A stretch of 64,000 bases of DNA from Glaucostegus cemiculus (GCA_976551045.1 CDPCPM010000014.1:30690001-30754000), one strand, 5' to 3'; positions 50,493 through 63,779 are shown, counted from the first letter of the stretch. A program made the numbers and translations. The notes: generated from the letters alone by a model not told the origin.

Positions 50493-52506
50493 AATGAAGT
50501 CCATTTACAGGGCTGCTTTGAACTGTGGACTGGACCATGTTCAGTGATTCAAGTTCGGATCTGAATGAAAGACTGCAGCTGTCACTGACTTCAAGCCCTG
50601 CATGGATGAGTGTGTGCCTTCAAAAACATACTGAGACTTCCCAAACCAGAAGCCCTGGATGAACCAGGAGATTCACAGTCTGATGAGAGCTACATCTGTG
50701 GTATTCAAAGCCAGCAATCCAGAACCCTACAAGAAGTCCGGATATAACTGATGAAGGCCATCGTAAGAGCGAAAAGGCAATTCTGAGTGAAGCTAGAGAC
50801 ACAAATGGACACACGACAGCTGTGGCAAGGTTTGCATGCTATTATTTCCTATAAGGCAAAACTCAACAGCATAAATGGCAGTGATGCTTCGCTCCTTGAT
50901 GAGCTCAATGCCTTCTATGCATGCTTTGAAAGGGATAATAACACTACATCTGTACTAGCCCCCACAGCAACCGGCAACCATGTGATCTCTGTCTAGGAGG
51001 TCGATGTCCGAACATCCATCAAGATGGTGGAACCTCGCAAGACATCGGGCCCCAACGGTGTACCTGGCTGGGTAATGAAATCCTTCAGTAACGGTTTATC
51101 AGTTTATGTTTATGTTTGCAACTTCAAACTCTCACTGCTGCATTCTGAGGTTCCCACCTGCTTCAAAAGGGGAGCAGTCATTCCCGTATCCAAGAAGAGC
51201 AGGGTGAGCTGCCTCAATGATTATTGTCCGGTAGCACTCACATCTATCATAATGAAGTGCTTCAAGAAGTTGGTCAGGGCTAGAATTAACTCCTGCCTGA
51301 GCAAGGACTTGGAACTGCTGCAATTTGTCTGCAGCAGATGCAATCTCACTGGCTCTCCGCTCTGCTTAGGAGCACCTACTCAACTGCAAGACATACGTCA
51401 GGCTACTGTCTATCGATTACAGCTCAGCGTTTAACACCATCATTCCCTCAACATTACTCACCAAGTTTCTAAACCTTGACCTCTGTACCTCCCCCTGCAA
51501 TTGGGTCTTTGACTTCCTTACGTAGAGACCACAGTCAGTGCGGATCAGCAATAACATCTCCTCCTCACTGACTATCAACATAGACACACCTCAAGGATGT
51601 GTGCTTAGGTCACTGCTCTACTCTCTCTACACTCATGACTGTGTGGCTAAGCACAGGTCAAACACCATCTATAAATTTGCCGATGACCCCACTGTTGTTG
51701 GGAGAATTTCAGATGGCGATGGGGAGGCACACAGGAGTGAGATAGATCGGCTGGTTGAATGGTGTTGCAACACCAACCTTGCACTCAATGTCAGCAAGAC
51801 CAAGGAACTGATTGTGGACTTCAGGAAGGGGAAATTGGGAGAAGACTCAAGTCCTCATTGAGGGGTCAGCTGTGGAAAGGGTGAGCAGCTTTAAGTTCCT
51901 GGGTGCCAATGTCTCAGAGGATCTATCCTGGGCCCAACACATTGATGCAGTTATGAAGAAGACACATCAGTGGCTCTGCTTTGTTAGGAGTTTGAGGAGG
52001 TTTGGTATTTCACCAAAGACTCTTGCAAATTTCTACAGATGTATGGTGGAGACCATTCTGACTGATTGCATCACCGCCTGGTGTGGAGCCTCCAATGCAC
52101 AGGAACACAAGAGGCTGCAGAGGGTTATAGACTCAGTCAGCTCCATCACGGGCACAACCCTCCCCACCATTGAGGACATCTTCAAGATGTGGTGCCTCAA
52201 GAAAGGGACATCCAACATTAAGGACCCTCACCATCCGCGACATGCCCTCTTCTCAGTACTACCATAAAGGAGGAGGTACAGCAGCCTGAAGACACGCACT
52301 CAATGATTTAGGAGCAGCTTGTTCCCCTCCCCTTCCACACCTTCGGATTTCTGAACTGTCCATGAACACATTAACACTACTTTGTTATTCCTTTTTTTGC
52401 CCTGCTTACCTATTTTTGTAATTTATAGATTTTTATGTCTTTGGTCTGTACTGCTGCCACAAAACAAATTTCATGTCATATGTCAGTAATAATAAATCTG
52501 ATTCTG
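50493..52506 (+). mobile_element. Rex1/Babar LINE, ~2 kb 5'-truncated, frameshifted RT
   Basis: FPNQKPWMN, DELNAFYACFE, VPTCFK..PV.KK..CLNDYCPVALTSIIMKCF, PQGCVL..LYSLYTHDC..IYKFADD, FKFLG, CITAW.G; tail aataataaatctgattctg. Confidence 0.95.
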
Positions 52507-52680
52507 AAAATGCTGGAGGTACTCAGCAAGTCAGACAGTAGCCATAGAGAAAGAAACAGAGTTAACTTTAACGGGGTAATGACCTTTCAGCTGATGAAAA
52601 ATTATCTGCCTAAAATATTGTCTGTTCCTCCCACAGGTGTTGCCTGACCTGTTGAGTATTTCCAGTATTTTCTGTTTCTA
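52505..52680. mobile_element. Palindromic PLE terminal-repeat derivative centred on CTGATGA
   Basis: aaaatgctggaggtactcagcaagtcagac...tttcag|ctgatgaaa...gcctgacctgttgagtatttccagtatttt: inverted arms around 52590/52591. Confidence 0.75.
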
Positions 52681-52689
52681 CAACAACAT

Positions 52690-53030
52690 GTAATTGTTTG
52701 GTAGCTAAACCTTTCACAGGGGTATTACCAAATTAAATTTGCTACTTAACCACATAAAGAGATTACAGAGCAAATAATCAACTGATTAGTCAAAGAGATA
52801 AGGGTTTAAGGTGAGTGAAAGGAAGAAAGAGAGGTAGAGGTATGGAGAGCATACTGAAGGAATTCCAGAGGTTAGCAGTTTGGCAGTTGAAGGCAAAGCT
52901 GCCAAATGTGGAGCAATTAAACTCAAGGGTTCACAAGAGACCTGAAGTGAAAAAGCATAGACCTCTTGGAGGATTGAAGGGGATTATAGGTTCTTGCTGA
53001 GAGAGACAAAACAGGAGACTGCTAGGAGAC
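52690..53030 (-). mobile_element. L2 LINE 3' fragment
   Basis: gtcaaagagataagggtttaagg..ggaattccagagg..ggcagttgaaggca..ctgccaaatgtggagc, typical reverse L2 3' end; probably continues at ~53560-53910. Confidence 0.65.
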
Positions 53031-54274
53031 TGCAAAGTCACACTAAATCAAGTTGTAGACAATGAACTATGTTCCACCCTCTTCACAAGATACGTACACA
53101 GAGTCAGCAGGGATAAAGGTATTTGCAAAATTTTATTCTTCCTATGTCTACGTATACAGGTTCTCACCAGGTAATGAATGCCTGACTTATGTACAACCTG
53201 TATATACTGTATATAAATAAGTGGGAGACTGGTGGCATGGATTTGCCAGCTGCATGGGGCTGCAGGCATCTTCTGCTGTGTGGGAATATCACAGCAACAT
53301 CATTGCATCTTGCAGTAAAACCTGAATGGCTGACTTAAACGCCTCGGGTAATCAACATGTTGCCTTTGGTTGGCCTTTGTTTTTATTTCAAAATATTGCC
53401 AGGTGTATTTCTGACGTGAACTTTTCAGGTTATGAATAGTTCTCAGGAACACAACCCTGTCATAATCTGGGGAGGCCCTGTAATGGAACGTCAATTAAAC
53501 AGTCCCTGACCATCAATATACATAAGAGGTTCTATCATATATTAAGTTACTCAATGGAGGGTGAAACATGAGGGATTTGAAAATATGATTGAGAGTTTTG
53601 ATTTTGTGGGTTTGTTTAACTGCAGGTACAGGGGAGTTAGGTTAACAGGATGATATAAGTTAAGACATGAACAATGGAGTTTCGGTTAATCTTGTGCTCA
53701 TGGAATTAAAAATAGGTTGCTAAGCTGTAAATAGGCTGTTTTATTGATGGTGCAGATATGTGTTCCAACACTAGATCAGATATGACATCAAGCTTGAAAA
53801 CAGTATAATTTACTTTCAGACAATTTTTAGTATGAGGGATGGAGTGGAGTTTGTGACTAGGACTGGAGATAATGGCTTTAGTCTTTGCAATATTTAGTTA
53901 TGGAAATCCCATTATGGTTTGAGAAACCCCAAATGAAGATTTGATTTGATAGGGTAACCTTGTGTATAATTAAAACCCCTTGTACATATTGATCATCAGG
54001 TATTGTCAACTACCTTTGTTGACATTCCTGTTTGTGTAGACATAGGAGAAATACAACTTTGTGAATACCTTTATTTCTTTTGACACTGTGCATGATTTGT
54101 AAAATGAATAGAACACGATGTTTATTATCTGCATCTGAATTAGTGTTACTTTGTAGTCTCCTAACAAGTGCACTGTTTCGTCTTTTAGGCACAACCAGTA
54201 TTGGCTTGACTCACTCACTCTAGTTGGCATTTGATGTAGAACTGTCTGTTGATTCACTTCATGATTTGCATGTC

Positions 54275-54640
54275 TGTTCTAAGCTGATAATTGAGTTTAG
54301 TACTGAGGGAATGTTGAATTGTCAGAAGTGTTACCTTTCAGATGAGATGTTCAAGTGTGGCCTTGTTTGACTGATAAAGTAGAAATAAAACAACTCGTTG
54401 AAACTTTCAGATAAGAGTGGGCGAGGAGTGGGGTTGTAAACTGTACGAGGCCATATTATTTCCTTGACAAACATGACTGGAAAAGATTTCACTGAAATAG
54501 CTTTGTGGTTGTTCAGTTCATTTGCTGTTTGTGGGACGTTGCTATGTGCAAAATAGCTGGGAAAATGGCCATTTGATGCCAGGATTACCCATTGAATATT
54601 AAATGTGTTTTTTGGCATTTTAAGGTTGTGATGGACAATT
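54275..54640 (+). mobile_element. Deu-domain SINE fragment
   Basis: agtactgagggaatgttgaattgtcagaagtgttacctttcagatgagatgttcaa; catttgctgtttgtgggacgttgctatgtgcaaa. Confidence 0.7.
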
Positions 54641-54719
54641 AGAAGGAATTCAGATTTGTGTAACTTCTTTCAACTACTCAGATTATCTGAAAGCTACATA
54701 TCAACCAAGAATTATTTTC

Positions 54720-55040
54720 ACTTATAGCCACAGTTTTGCAGGGAAATGCAGCAATGGATTTGCACACTATAACATTTCACAAAGAGGAATGAGATAAATG
54801 AAGAGTTAATCTAAGTTTTATGGTGATGTTTGAATAAATGTTAGACAGGACACTGGAAATGATGACATGGCATCTTTTATATCTGTTTTAAGCAGGGAAA
54901 GGACAATTGGTTTACTTACAATGCCATTCTCACTGTTATCTGTATTAAACTGTCAGGTTAGTACACGAGAGTAAATCTTGAAAGGGTGCTTGAACCTACA
55001 AACTATGAGATACTAAGGATAACAAGTGTCAGCCCAAGAC
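54720..55040 (-). mobile_element. Deu-domain SINE, antisense copy
   Basis: gcagcaatggatttgcacac..tttcacaaag..gggtgcttgaacctacaa (reverse B-box region). Confidence 0.55.
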
Positions 55041-55144
55041 TGATATAAGTACAAGCTCTATCTTTTGGAAGCTAGCCCCATTCATCTGGCACATGCCTTC
55101 CTGCTAAGAAATTTATGGTGCAAATGGAAGACAGTATTATGTAT

Positions 55145-55935
55145 GGAGTCATAGAACAATACAACATGGATACAGGTCCTTCGGCACAATGAGTCCATGC
55201 TGACCACAGTGCCCACCCAGCTAATCCCGATATCCTGTTTTTGGCCCATGTCCCTCTAAGCCAGGCCCGTCCATGTACCTATCCAAGTGCTTCTTAAATT
55301 ATACTATTGTACCTGCCTCGACCACTTCCTCTGGCAGCTCATTCCATAGACTCACCACCCTATGCATGAAAAAGTTGCCCCTCAGGTCTCTTTTAAATCT
55401 TTCCCTCTCATCCTAAAGCTATGCTTCTAGTTTGGCCTCCCCTACCCTGGGGAAAAGACTGTTACCATCCATCTTATCTATGCCTCATAATTTTAAACAT
55501 ATCTATAAGGTCGCCCCTCATTCTCCTACATTCCAAGGAATAAAGAACTCTCCCTATAACTCAGGCCCTCTAGTCCCAGCAACATCCTCACAAATCTTTC
55601 CTGCACTCTTTCCGGTTTAATCACGTCTTTCCTATAACAGGGTGACCAAAACTGTACAAAGTACTGCAAGTGCGGCCTCACCAATGACTTGTACAACTGC
55701 AACGTAATGTCCCAACTCCTATACTCAATGCCCTGACTGATAAAGGTCAGTGTGCTGAACACCATTTTCATCACCATGTCACCCTGTGATGCATATCTAA
55801 ACTCCTTAGTTTCTTTAAATATATGAAATCATGGAGTCCAGAAAATTATGACCTGGAACCAGGCCCTTCAGCCCACCATGTGCATGCTGACCATAGAGCA
55901 CCCATCCATACTAATCCCATTTACCAGCACTAACT
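55145..55935 (-). mobile_element. Two CR1 3' fragments (~55145-55790 and tail ~55828-55935)
   Basis: ORF FISQGIEYRSWDITLQLYKSLVRPHLQYFVQFWSPCYRKDV; tails caggtccttcggcac and caggcccttcagcccacc. Confidence 0.9.
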
Positions 55936-56090
55936 CCATCTTCGAATTTTTATTAAAAAAACTAGTTGGTCTCATAAACCACTGATTTCAGTCAGTCAAT
56001 ATACCATGACAATTAAAAATGGCGGAAATCTAAAACAAAACCAGAAAATGATGGAAATACTCAGCAACTCAGACTGCATCTGTAGGAAGA

Positions 56091-57450
56091 CACGGTAGTA
56101 TAGCGATTAGCATAATGTTTGATAAGGTGCCCCATGCGAGGCTTATGGAGAAGGTGAGGAGACACGGGATCCAGGGGGACATTGCGGTGTGGATTCAGAA
56201 TTGGCTGGCCCACAGAAGGCAAAGAGTGGTTGTGGAAGGGTTGTACTCTGACTGGAGGTCGGTGACCTCTGGTGTACCTCAGGGATCTGTGCTGGGACCC
56301 TTGCTGTTTGTCATCTCTATAAGTGACCTGGATGAGGAAGTGGAGGGGTGGGTTAGTAAGTTTGCTGACGACACAAAGGTTGGGGGAGTTGTGGATAGTT
56401 TGGAGGGCTGTCAGAGGCTACAGAGGGACACAGATAGGATGCAGAGTTGGGCTGAGAAATGGCAGATGGAGTTCAACCCAGATAAACGTGGTGGTTCATT
56501 TTGGTAGGTCGAATAGGTTGGCAGAATATAGAATTAATGGTAAGACTCTTGACAGTGTGGAGGATCAGAGGGATCTTGGGGTCCGGGTCCATAGGACGCT
56601 CAAGGTGGCTGCGCAGGTTGGCTCCGTGGTTAGGAAGGCGTATGGTGTATTGTCCTTCATCGGTCGAGGGATTGAATTTAGGAGTCGGGAGGTACTGCTT
56701 CAGTTGTAGAGGTCCCTGGTCAGACCCCACCTGGAGTATTGTGTTCAGTTCTGCTCACCTCACTACAGGAAGGATGTGGAAGCTATAGAGAGGGTGCAGA
56801 GGAGGTTTACGAGGATGCTGCCTGGGATGAAGAGCATGCCTTATGAGAACAGGTTGTGGGAACTCGGCCTTTTCTCCTTGGAGAGAAGGAGGATGAGTGG
56901 GGACCTGATTGAGGTGTATAAGATGATGAGAGGTATGGATGGGGTAGATAGTCAGAGGCTTTTCCCCAGGGCTGAAATGGTGGCCACAAGAGGACATAGG
57001 TTTAAGGAGCTGGGGGGAAGATATAGGGGAGATGCTAGGGGTAAGTTTTTTACTCAGAGAGTGGTGAGTACGTGGAATAGGCTGCCGGAGACGGTGGTGG
57101 AGGCGTATACGATAGGGTCTTTCAAGAGACTGTTGGATAGGTACATGGAGGTAAATAAGATAGAAGGCTATGGGTAAGCCTAATAGTGTGGGGACATGTT
57201 CGGCACAGCTTTGGGTTCAATTCCACCCACTGTCTGTAAGGAGTTTGTATGTTCTCCCCGTGTCTGTGTGAGTTTCCTCTGGGTGCTCCGGTTTCCTCCC
57301 ACATTGTACGGGTTAGGAAGTTGTGGGCATGCTGTGTTGGCGCTGGAAGTGCAGTGACACTTGCGGGCTGCCCCCAGAACACTCTACACAAAAGATGTAT
57401 TTCACAGTGTGCTTTGATGTACATGTGACTAATAAAGATATCTCATCTTA
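56091..57450 (+). mobile_element. Rex-tailed V-SINE split by CR1 (head 56091-56117; body 57213-57450)
   Basis: cacggtagtatagcgattagcataatg = A-box head; gggttcaattcc..ctgtctgtaaggagtttgtatg..gtacatgtgactaataaagatatct = rest of element. Confidence 0.85.
56118..57213 (+). mobile_element. Young CR1 LINE, RT core to 3' UTR, about one frameshift and one stop
   Basis: [52 protein letters not shown]; ERVQRRFTRMLPG..FFTQRVVSTWNRLP. Confidence 0.95.
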
Positions 57451-58279
57451 TTTTAAGAGTCAAAGTTTTGTTTCAGAGATCCTTCATTAGAAGTGAAAAG
57501 GAGACAAAAGCAGCTTGTAAAGCTGCAGAGAGGGTGGGGGAGGTGTCTGCCAGGGTAAAACCAGGGTGACCATGGGAATAAGCTGTAAACAGGCTATTTG
57601 TTCAATGAGTGAATGGGAGCAGTTAGGGAGCGAGAACATAGACAAACAAACCTAGACAGAAGAACACAGGAGCTGTGAAATGCAGAGCAGGAGGAAGGCA
57701 GGGCATGTCCTTCACTCTCAGAGAGAAAAAAGCTGAGTTAACATCACAGATGGACGACAAATGCAGACTGAGAAATCAAATTATCTGAAATTGTAAAATT
57801 TAATACTAAGTCAAGAAGGTTGCAACTTGCCCAAATGGAAAATGACGTGTTGTTTCTTAAGCTTGCATTAGGCCTCACTGTAACAGTACAGGAGGCCAGA
57901 TACCAATAGGTCAGAGTGGGAATAGGATGAGGAATTAAAGTGGCAGGCAACTGGAAGCTCAGGGTCATCCCCGAGGATTGAATACAAGTCTTCTGCGGAG
58001 CAATCACCCAATCTGCACTTGGTTTGTCCAATGTAGAAGAGGTTACATTGCGAACACTGAATGCAGTACACTAGTCTGGAAGGAGTGCAAGTGAATTGTG
58101 GCCTCACCTGGAAAGACTGTTGGGGTCCCTGGATGGTGGGAAGGGAAGAGGTGAAAGGACAAGTGTTGCACTGCCTGTGGTTCCAAGGAAAGAATCAGAA
58201 GTTGGAGGGTGGGGGGCAGGAGGGTGGTGGTGGATTGTGGTTGGTGGGAACTGAAAAGTGGTCCAGGGAGACACAAAGA

Positions 58280-58635
58280 TTCATATTCATCAAATTATAC
58301 AGCATGGAAATAATTCGACCCAACTCGTCCATGTTAGCTGAGATGCCCATCTAACCTAATCCCATTTGCCTGCATTTGGCCCATATCCCTATAAACCTTT
58401 CCCATCTGAGTATCTGTCCAAATGTTTTTTTTAAATGTTGTAATTGTACCCACCGCTACCACTTCCCCTTGCAGATTGTTTCAAATACTCACCATACTCT
58501 GTGTAAAAATCTTACCCCTCAGATACCCTTTAAATCTTTCCCCTTTCACCTTAAACTTCTGCCCTCTAGTCTTTGACACCTCGAAACTGGGGAAAAGATT
58601 GTGACTACTTACCCTGTCTATGCCCCTCATAATGT
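58280..58635 (-). mobile_element. CR1 3' fragment nested in the PLE
   Basis: tacagcatggaaataattcgacccaactcgtccatg tail; cctttaaatctttcccctttcaccttaaac..ggggaaaagattgtg. Confidence 0.85.
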
Positions 58636-61600
58636 GTACCGTCCCTGAGAAGTGCTCTCAGGGAAGATGTGTCTGGTGGTGGAGCCTCTTTGAGAGTGGC
58701 AGAAATTGCGGAGAATGATCTGTTGAATATGGAGGCAGCTGGGGTGGAAGGTGAGGACTGGGGATCTCTACGCTTGTTCTTTCCCAGAGGAGGGGGGATG
58801 AGAGAAGAGGTGCAGGAAATGGGAGCAATGTGATTAAGGGCTTTGGTGGAGGGGAATCCGCAGTTCAGAAAGAAAGAAGACAGTTCAGAGGCACCTGCGT
58901 AGAAAGTCTAATCATTGGAGCATATAGTATGGACACACAAGAAGTGAGGAATGCAACAGAGTCCTTACAGAGGTAGAGTGGAATGAAGAGTAGTCAAGAT
59001 AGCTGTGGGAGTCAGTGGGTTTGTAAAGCCTTTTCTTACTGTACAATATATCAATGTATAAAATGTTGATTTCATGTGTGTCTCTGCAAATTTTTCTTTT
59101 TTCAGTGTATTTCAGTTTCACATTTCGTTCATTCTGTCTCCCTCACTGTCTGCCTTTCATGATATATGAACCTCTCATAACAGATGAATACAGATTGTGA
59201 TGGAGTTGATCCAAATATTAACATTAAGATCCAATTCACAAAACATTGCCAATGCCCCCATTGCCATTTTCATAGTGTATTTCAAATTTTCTGTGTTCTG
59301 TCAAGATACTGCATTTTTATCAGGGTCTCATTGTATAATGGGGAATCTAATTTAAATTTATTAATTTCCACTTGGTTTTCCAGGAGCTCAGGGAGGCATA
59401 GTAAAATATATCAGCCAAGTGGTCCCAAGGAAATTCCTGGCAGTTGTGTCCGTGCGGTTAGTTTTTTCACACCCATATAAAACTTAGAGATCAAAATTTG
59501 CCTGGGGAAGTCTTGTACATGTAGAACAGCCACTTGGCCAAGGCAGTTGAGAACTGCTTTCATCTATGGAAACCTATAAAGACCAAAGAGAAATTATGGG
59601 ATTTGGAGCCAGGGAAGAAGAAAGCATATAATACAATTGAGAATATTCTATAAGACATTTGCTTAGAAATTCACTCTGAATGGAAGCACCAAACAAGCTA
59701 ATAGTCAGAGAAGCATACTCTACTCTTTCTCCAAAATTGATTCTATTTAAATCATAGCTCATATACTGCATTGAGTACTTCCAAACAGAATAAATTTCTA
59801 GGCAATCGTACTCCCATTCTCTTCCTTCCCTGTTGATTATATCAGTGCATGGAACTGTATCCTGGAAAGAGACAGCGTCTTTTGGAAAGGAGGGAAGTAC
59901 AATGAAGAAAATCCAAATGTGTGAGAAAACTGTAACTTCATATGATTAGCTAAAAGAAAGATCAAAGCTGAAAATTCTTGATGAACATCTTTAAACACTT
60001 TAATAAGCTACTTCAGAGTTCATGGCATAAAACTCAGATTTCCTGTCAGTAATTATTTGAAGAAATATGTCCCAATTGCTTTTGATTATGTCATAATTCC
60101 CACATAGAAGAAACCTTGCGTTTTGAATGTAAACATCTAAAACCCAGGAAAAGCGAAGTCATTGATGAACAGCACTTTAGCATAGTGGCAATATCACTCA
60201 CCAGACACAGCAGGTAAAAGTTTGATCATATTACTTTTCTCATTTATCAAGATGGTAATTAGCTTTTGATTGTTTTTAAAACATTGCTTCATAGTAAGGT
60301 CATCTAACTGAGAAACTGCTGAGTAAAACCAATTGTGCATCTATCAGTTCTTTATTGAAATTTCCTTGCTCTCCAGGCAATTAAATTGGTGAGAAGTTAA
60401 TGTCTTCTGTAGCTGATAACATGCAAGATTTTAGTGTTTCTCCAAGTTTCAAACTTGCTATGTTGTAATATTGTGGACCTACTTCAGAGATTATTCTATT
60501 GAATTAAGTCTTCAAGCTAACTTTATTATGTAACTGGTAAGGCAGATGCATCATAATTCAAGCCTTAGGGCATGGAACGTGACTTCTATGTTGCCTGTCT
60601 GCACATTACTCCTCAGACTATGCTAAATTTTGTAAGTCTTTAGATTGGGCATTTTCCTGCAAGATTTTAGACATCATAGTCACACATGTCAAGACATGGA
60701 TTATTTAGCAATGTGTACAAACATGAGAATTGCACAAATAATTAGACTGTACTCAAAAAGAAACAGTCATTTGCTTACCTGGCTTGTCTTAATCAAACTT
60801 CATGCAGTTGAAACAAATAATTTTTTTCTAATTTTATTTTTCTTAAGTATATTTGGTAATACTTCAGAGCCTGCATAAGTTAAAAGACAATTTGTTGAAT
60901 CAATTGCCCTGAACTGTTTTAAAATAGAATTGAAAGTTACTGAAGTGAAAAAAATGAATTAAGTATTGTTTATTCTTTGATACTTCTCCAATTTTTTTGC
61001 ACATATCTATCAAGTTATTGAATGCATTGGGAAAATTAACGTTCCTGTCAGGGACACATACTGAGTTTTTCACTCAAGAAGGAATCACCTGGTGGCCTGC
61101 TACTTGTAAATCTTGTCTCCTGGACAATGAGGTGTGGAGGTAGAAGTTTTCCAAAATGAAAATTGTTGTGCATGGACTAACGCAGCAGTTTTTATGATTC
61201 AGCCGCAATAAGTTTTTGTTTGTTTTTGGGCCAGGTTAGAATGGTCATAAGCACTATGCTTATGAAATGAATACCATTTTCAGGCATTGACCTCTGAATC
61301 TTTTCATTTGTGGGATTGATTCTTTCAGATAGGATGTAAGGAATGGATGTTCACATAGTGTAAATCCCCATTGGGAGTGCTAAGACAAGGATGGCACCCA
61401 CTTGGCTTATCAGGGCTGAATCTGCTGTAATAACAGGGACTGGCTCATTTTAATAATTGGGATGAGCTCTGGTCATTGTAGACACTCTGATTGAAAGTCT
61501 TCTCTTGAAATAGGTGGCAAATAGTAATATACTGAGGATCTAAAGATCTGCAGAAGCTAAATAATCTAAGCATCCACAAATTGGAAGTATGTGACTGTTG

Positions 61601-61689
61601 TCTAAATGGTGGAAGGGTCAGCTGAAAAATTTCAGACCCAGTACTGTGGGTAAAGAGATGGGAAGCAGCAGGCAGTAATGCCAAGGACC

Positions 61690-62025
61690 CCTCTCATTGC
61701 CAGTCATTCTTTCTTCTCCACTCTCCCGTTAGGCAGGAGATACATACGCTTGGAAACGTGTACAACCAGAGTCAAGGAAAAACTGCTATCCTGCTATTAT
61801 CAGACTTTTGAACAGACCTCACATATGCTAAAGGTGAACTTTTGATCTCCCAATCTACCTTGTTGTGACTCTTGCACTTTATTTGTTTACTTGCACTGCA
61901 CTAGCTGCAACATTATATGCTGCATTCTATATTCTTTTTACTATGTATGGCATGATCTGACTGAATGACATTCAAACAAAAGCTTTTCACAGTTTCTTGG
62001 TACATGGGACAATAATAATAAACCA
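61690..62025 (+). mobile_element. Rex/Babar 3' end
   Basis: ctcccgttaggcaggagatac..acaaccagagtcaag (LP.GRRY..TTR.K); tail aaagcttttcacagtttcttggtacatgggacaataataataaacc. Confidence 0.75.
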
Positions 62026-62789
62026 AGCCGAGAGGTTTAGACATAAGTCACCTCAATGAAATATCAGTGGTAGATGCTATTATGTTTCTCAGGTGCTCAT
62101 GGAGGAAATCCAGTGGAGGTTGTCCAGGTTGGGAAAACATCCTGGGATCCCTTGAAAGATGCAATCAGTAACTTTTACAAGTAGCAATAGACAGGTTCTA
62201 CACTTATCAGTTGGCAGAGTTTCAGTCTGAGGATGTGGAAACTCACAGGCAGTTTTTAGTAACATCATTTTCCTTATGATTAACATTTACAGAATATTTT
62301 TCAAATTATTACCCAAAATTAACCAATCCAGCTTCTTAAGTAACTTGTAAGTTTGTTTTATACCCCAATTGGTACTGTATCTTCAGTACACCTTAAATTG
62401 TTTATCAATATTATATTGATTTTAATCAATCTGTTAAGTCATTCTGAACTGCTTCACATAAATTAATTCAGAGTGTGTGTGGAAAAGAATAAAACAGAAA
62501 GATCTTCCAAAACAGAGTGTGCAACACTTTGGCTTCTGAAGGATGGAAATGAATGAATGGCATTTTCCCATTAGGATTATTCCAAAGTGCTCCAATGAAA
62601 TATTTTTGAAGTTGTGACGTAATTTGAAGTTGACCCGTTCATCATTCAGACAACCGTCATGTACTTTCAGTCCACTCCTCCAGATCTTTGGATCCTGCAG
62701 CATGTTGGTGATTGCTACCCATCCCTTTCAAGAAGAGAGTTCTCAGTCAGAGGAATCTACAATGGTCATCTTACTTTTTGAACATGAGT

Positions 62790-63195
62790 CAAGTCTCCTA
62801 TCCAATAAGATCAGGTTGATCTGATTGTAACCTCAGCTTTTCACCCCTTGCTTATCAAATACTGTATCTATCTGCCCCTGCCTTTGGAATATTCAAAGAC
62901 TTGTCACCACTGGCCTCCAAACCCTGAGAGAAATTATCTTGACTCATCTCTGTCTCAAATAGTTGAGCCCTTATTAAAAAAAAATGACCCCTAGTTTTGA
63001 AATTTCCAGCAAGGGAAAACATCCTATCCACACCTACTCTTTTAAGACCCCTCAGAATCTTATGTGTTTGAATCAGTCCCCTCTCACTCTTCCAAACTCT
63101 AGTGGATCCAAGACTAGTCTATCCAAACTTTCTTCATTAGACAACCTGCCATTCTGAATACTAGTTGAGAAAAACCTTCTCTGAACTGCTTCTGA
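62790..63195 (-). mobile_element. Old CR1 3' fragment
   Basis: aataagatcaggttgatctgattgtaacctc..gggaaaacatcctatccacacctac..aagacccctcagaatcttatg. Confidence 0.75.
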
Positions 63196-63779
63196 CATAC
63201 TATTTTTCCTGCCAAAATTTCACATTTTCCCTCAATATACCCCATTTGTCAGATTTTACCGACTCAACCTATAACCCTTCGTACCCTCCTTATGTCCCCT
63301 GCACATTCTTCTTTCCTATGCACCTTTGTGTCAATCATAAATTCAGCAATCATAATTTCTGTGCATTCATCCAAGTGATTTATATAAATTTTGAGGCCCT
63401 GGCGGCACATGGATCCTCATGGCACGTCTTGTCAAACAGAAGAAGATCCATTTATGCCTGCTCTCTGTTTATGCCAATTCACTGTTTTCTGGTAGGCAGC
63501 CAATCTTCTATCCACACCAAAATGTTCCCTTCTGCACCAGTAGCTTTTATTTTCAGAAGCAGCAACTTATCAAGTCCTTGCTGAAACTGAGCCAGCCTCT
63601 GAAATCATGTTATTGTAATTATACAGTAAGGTCCAATAAATAGCATTGAAATTAAAATGAGTTTCAATGATATTGTTTAAGGGTAAAATATTAGTTAAAA
63701 CATTGGCTATTGTAACAGGAACACAACTCTTAGTTTTCTTCATAGAGTGCCAGATGATCTTTTATGTCTATTTAAAGCA

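Larger units (their letters stand above)
56025..59045 (-). mobile_element. Penelope-like element (RT thumb, GIY-YIG, terminal repeat) broken by nested insertions
   Basis: YKPTDSHSYLDYSSFH (~58980-59030); FTCTPSRLVYCIQCSQCNLFYIGQTKCRLGD..LPVACHFNS (57868-58107); terminal repeat split into 56025-56090 and 57455-57495. Confidence 0.88.

Noticed and set aside
56115-57177. Long RT ORFs as a possible active or domesticated gene
   Set aside because: 5'-truncated, frameshift near 56490 and stop at 56707-56709; an ordinary young CR1 copy
62434-62824. Overlapping 89-aa and 66-aa ORFs in unique sequence
   Set aside because: No recognisable domain or splice signals; within chance length
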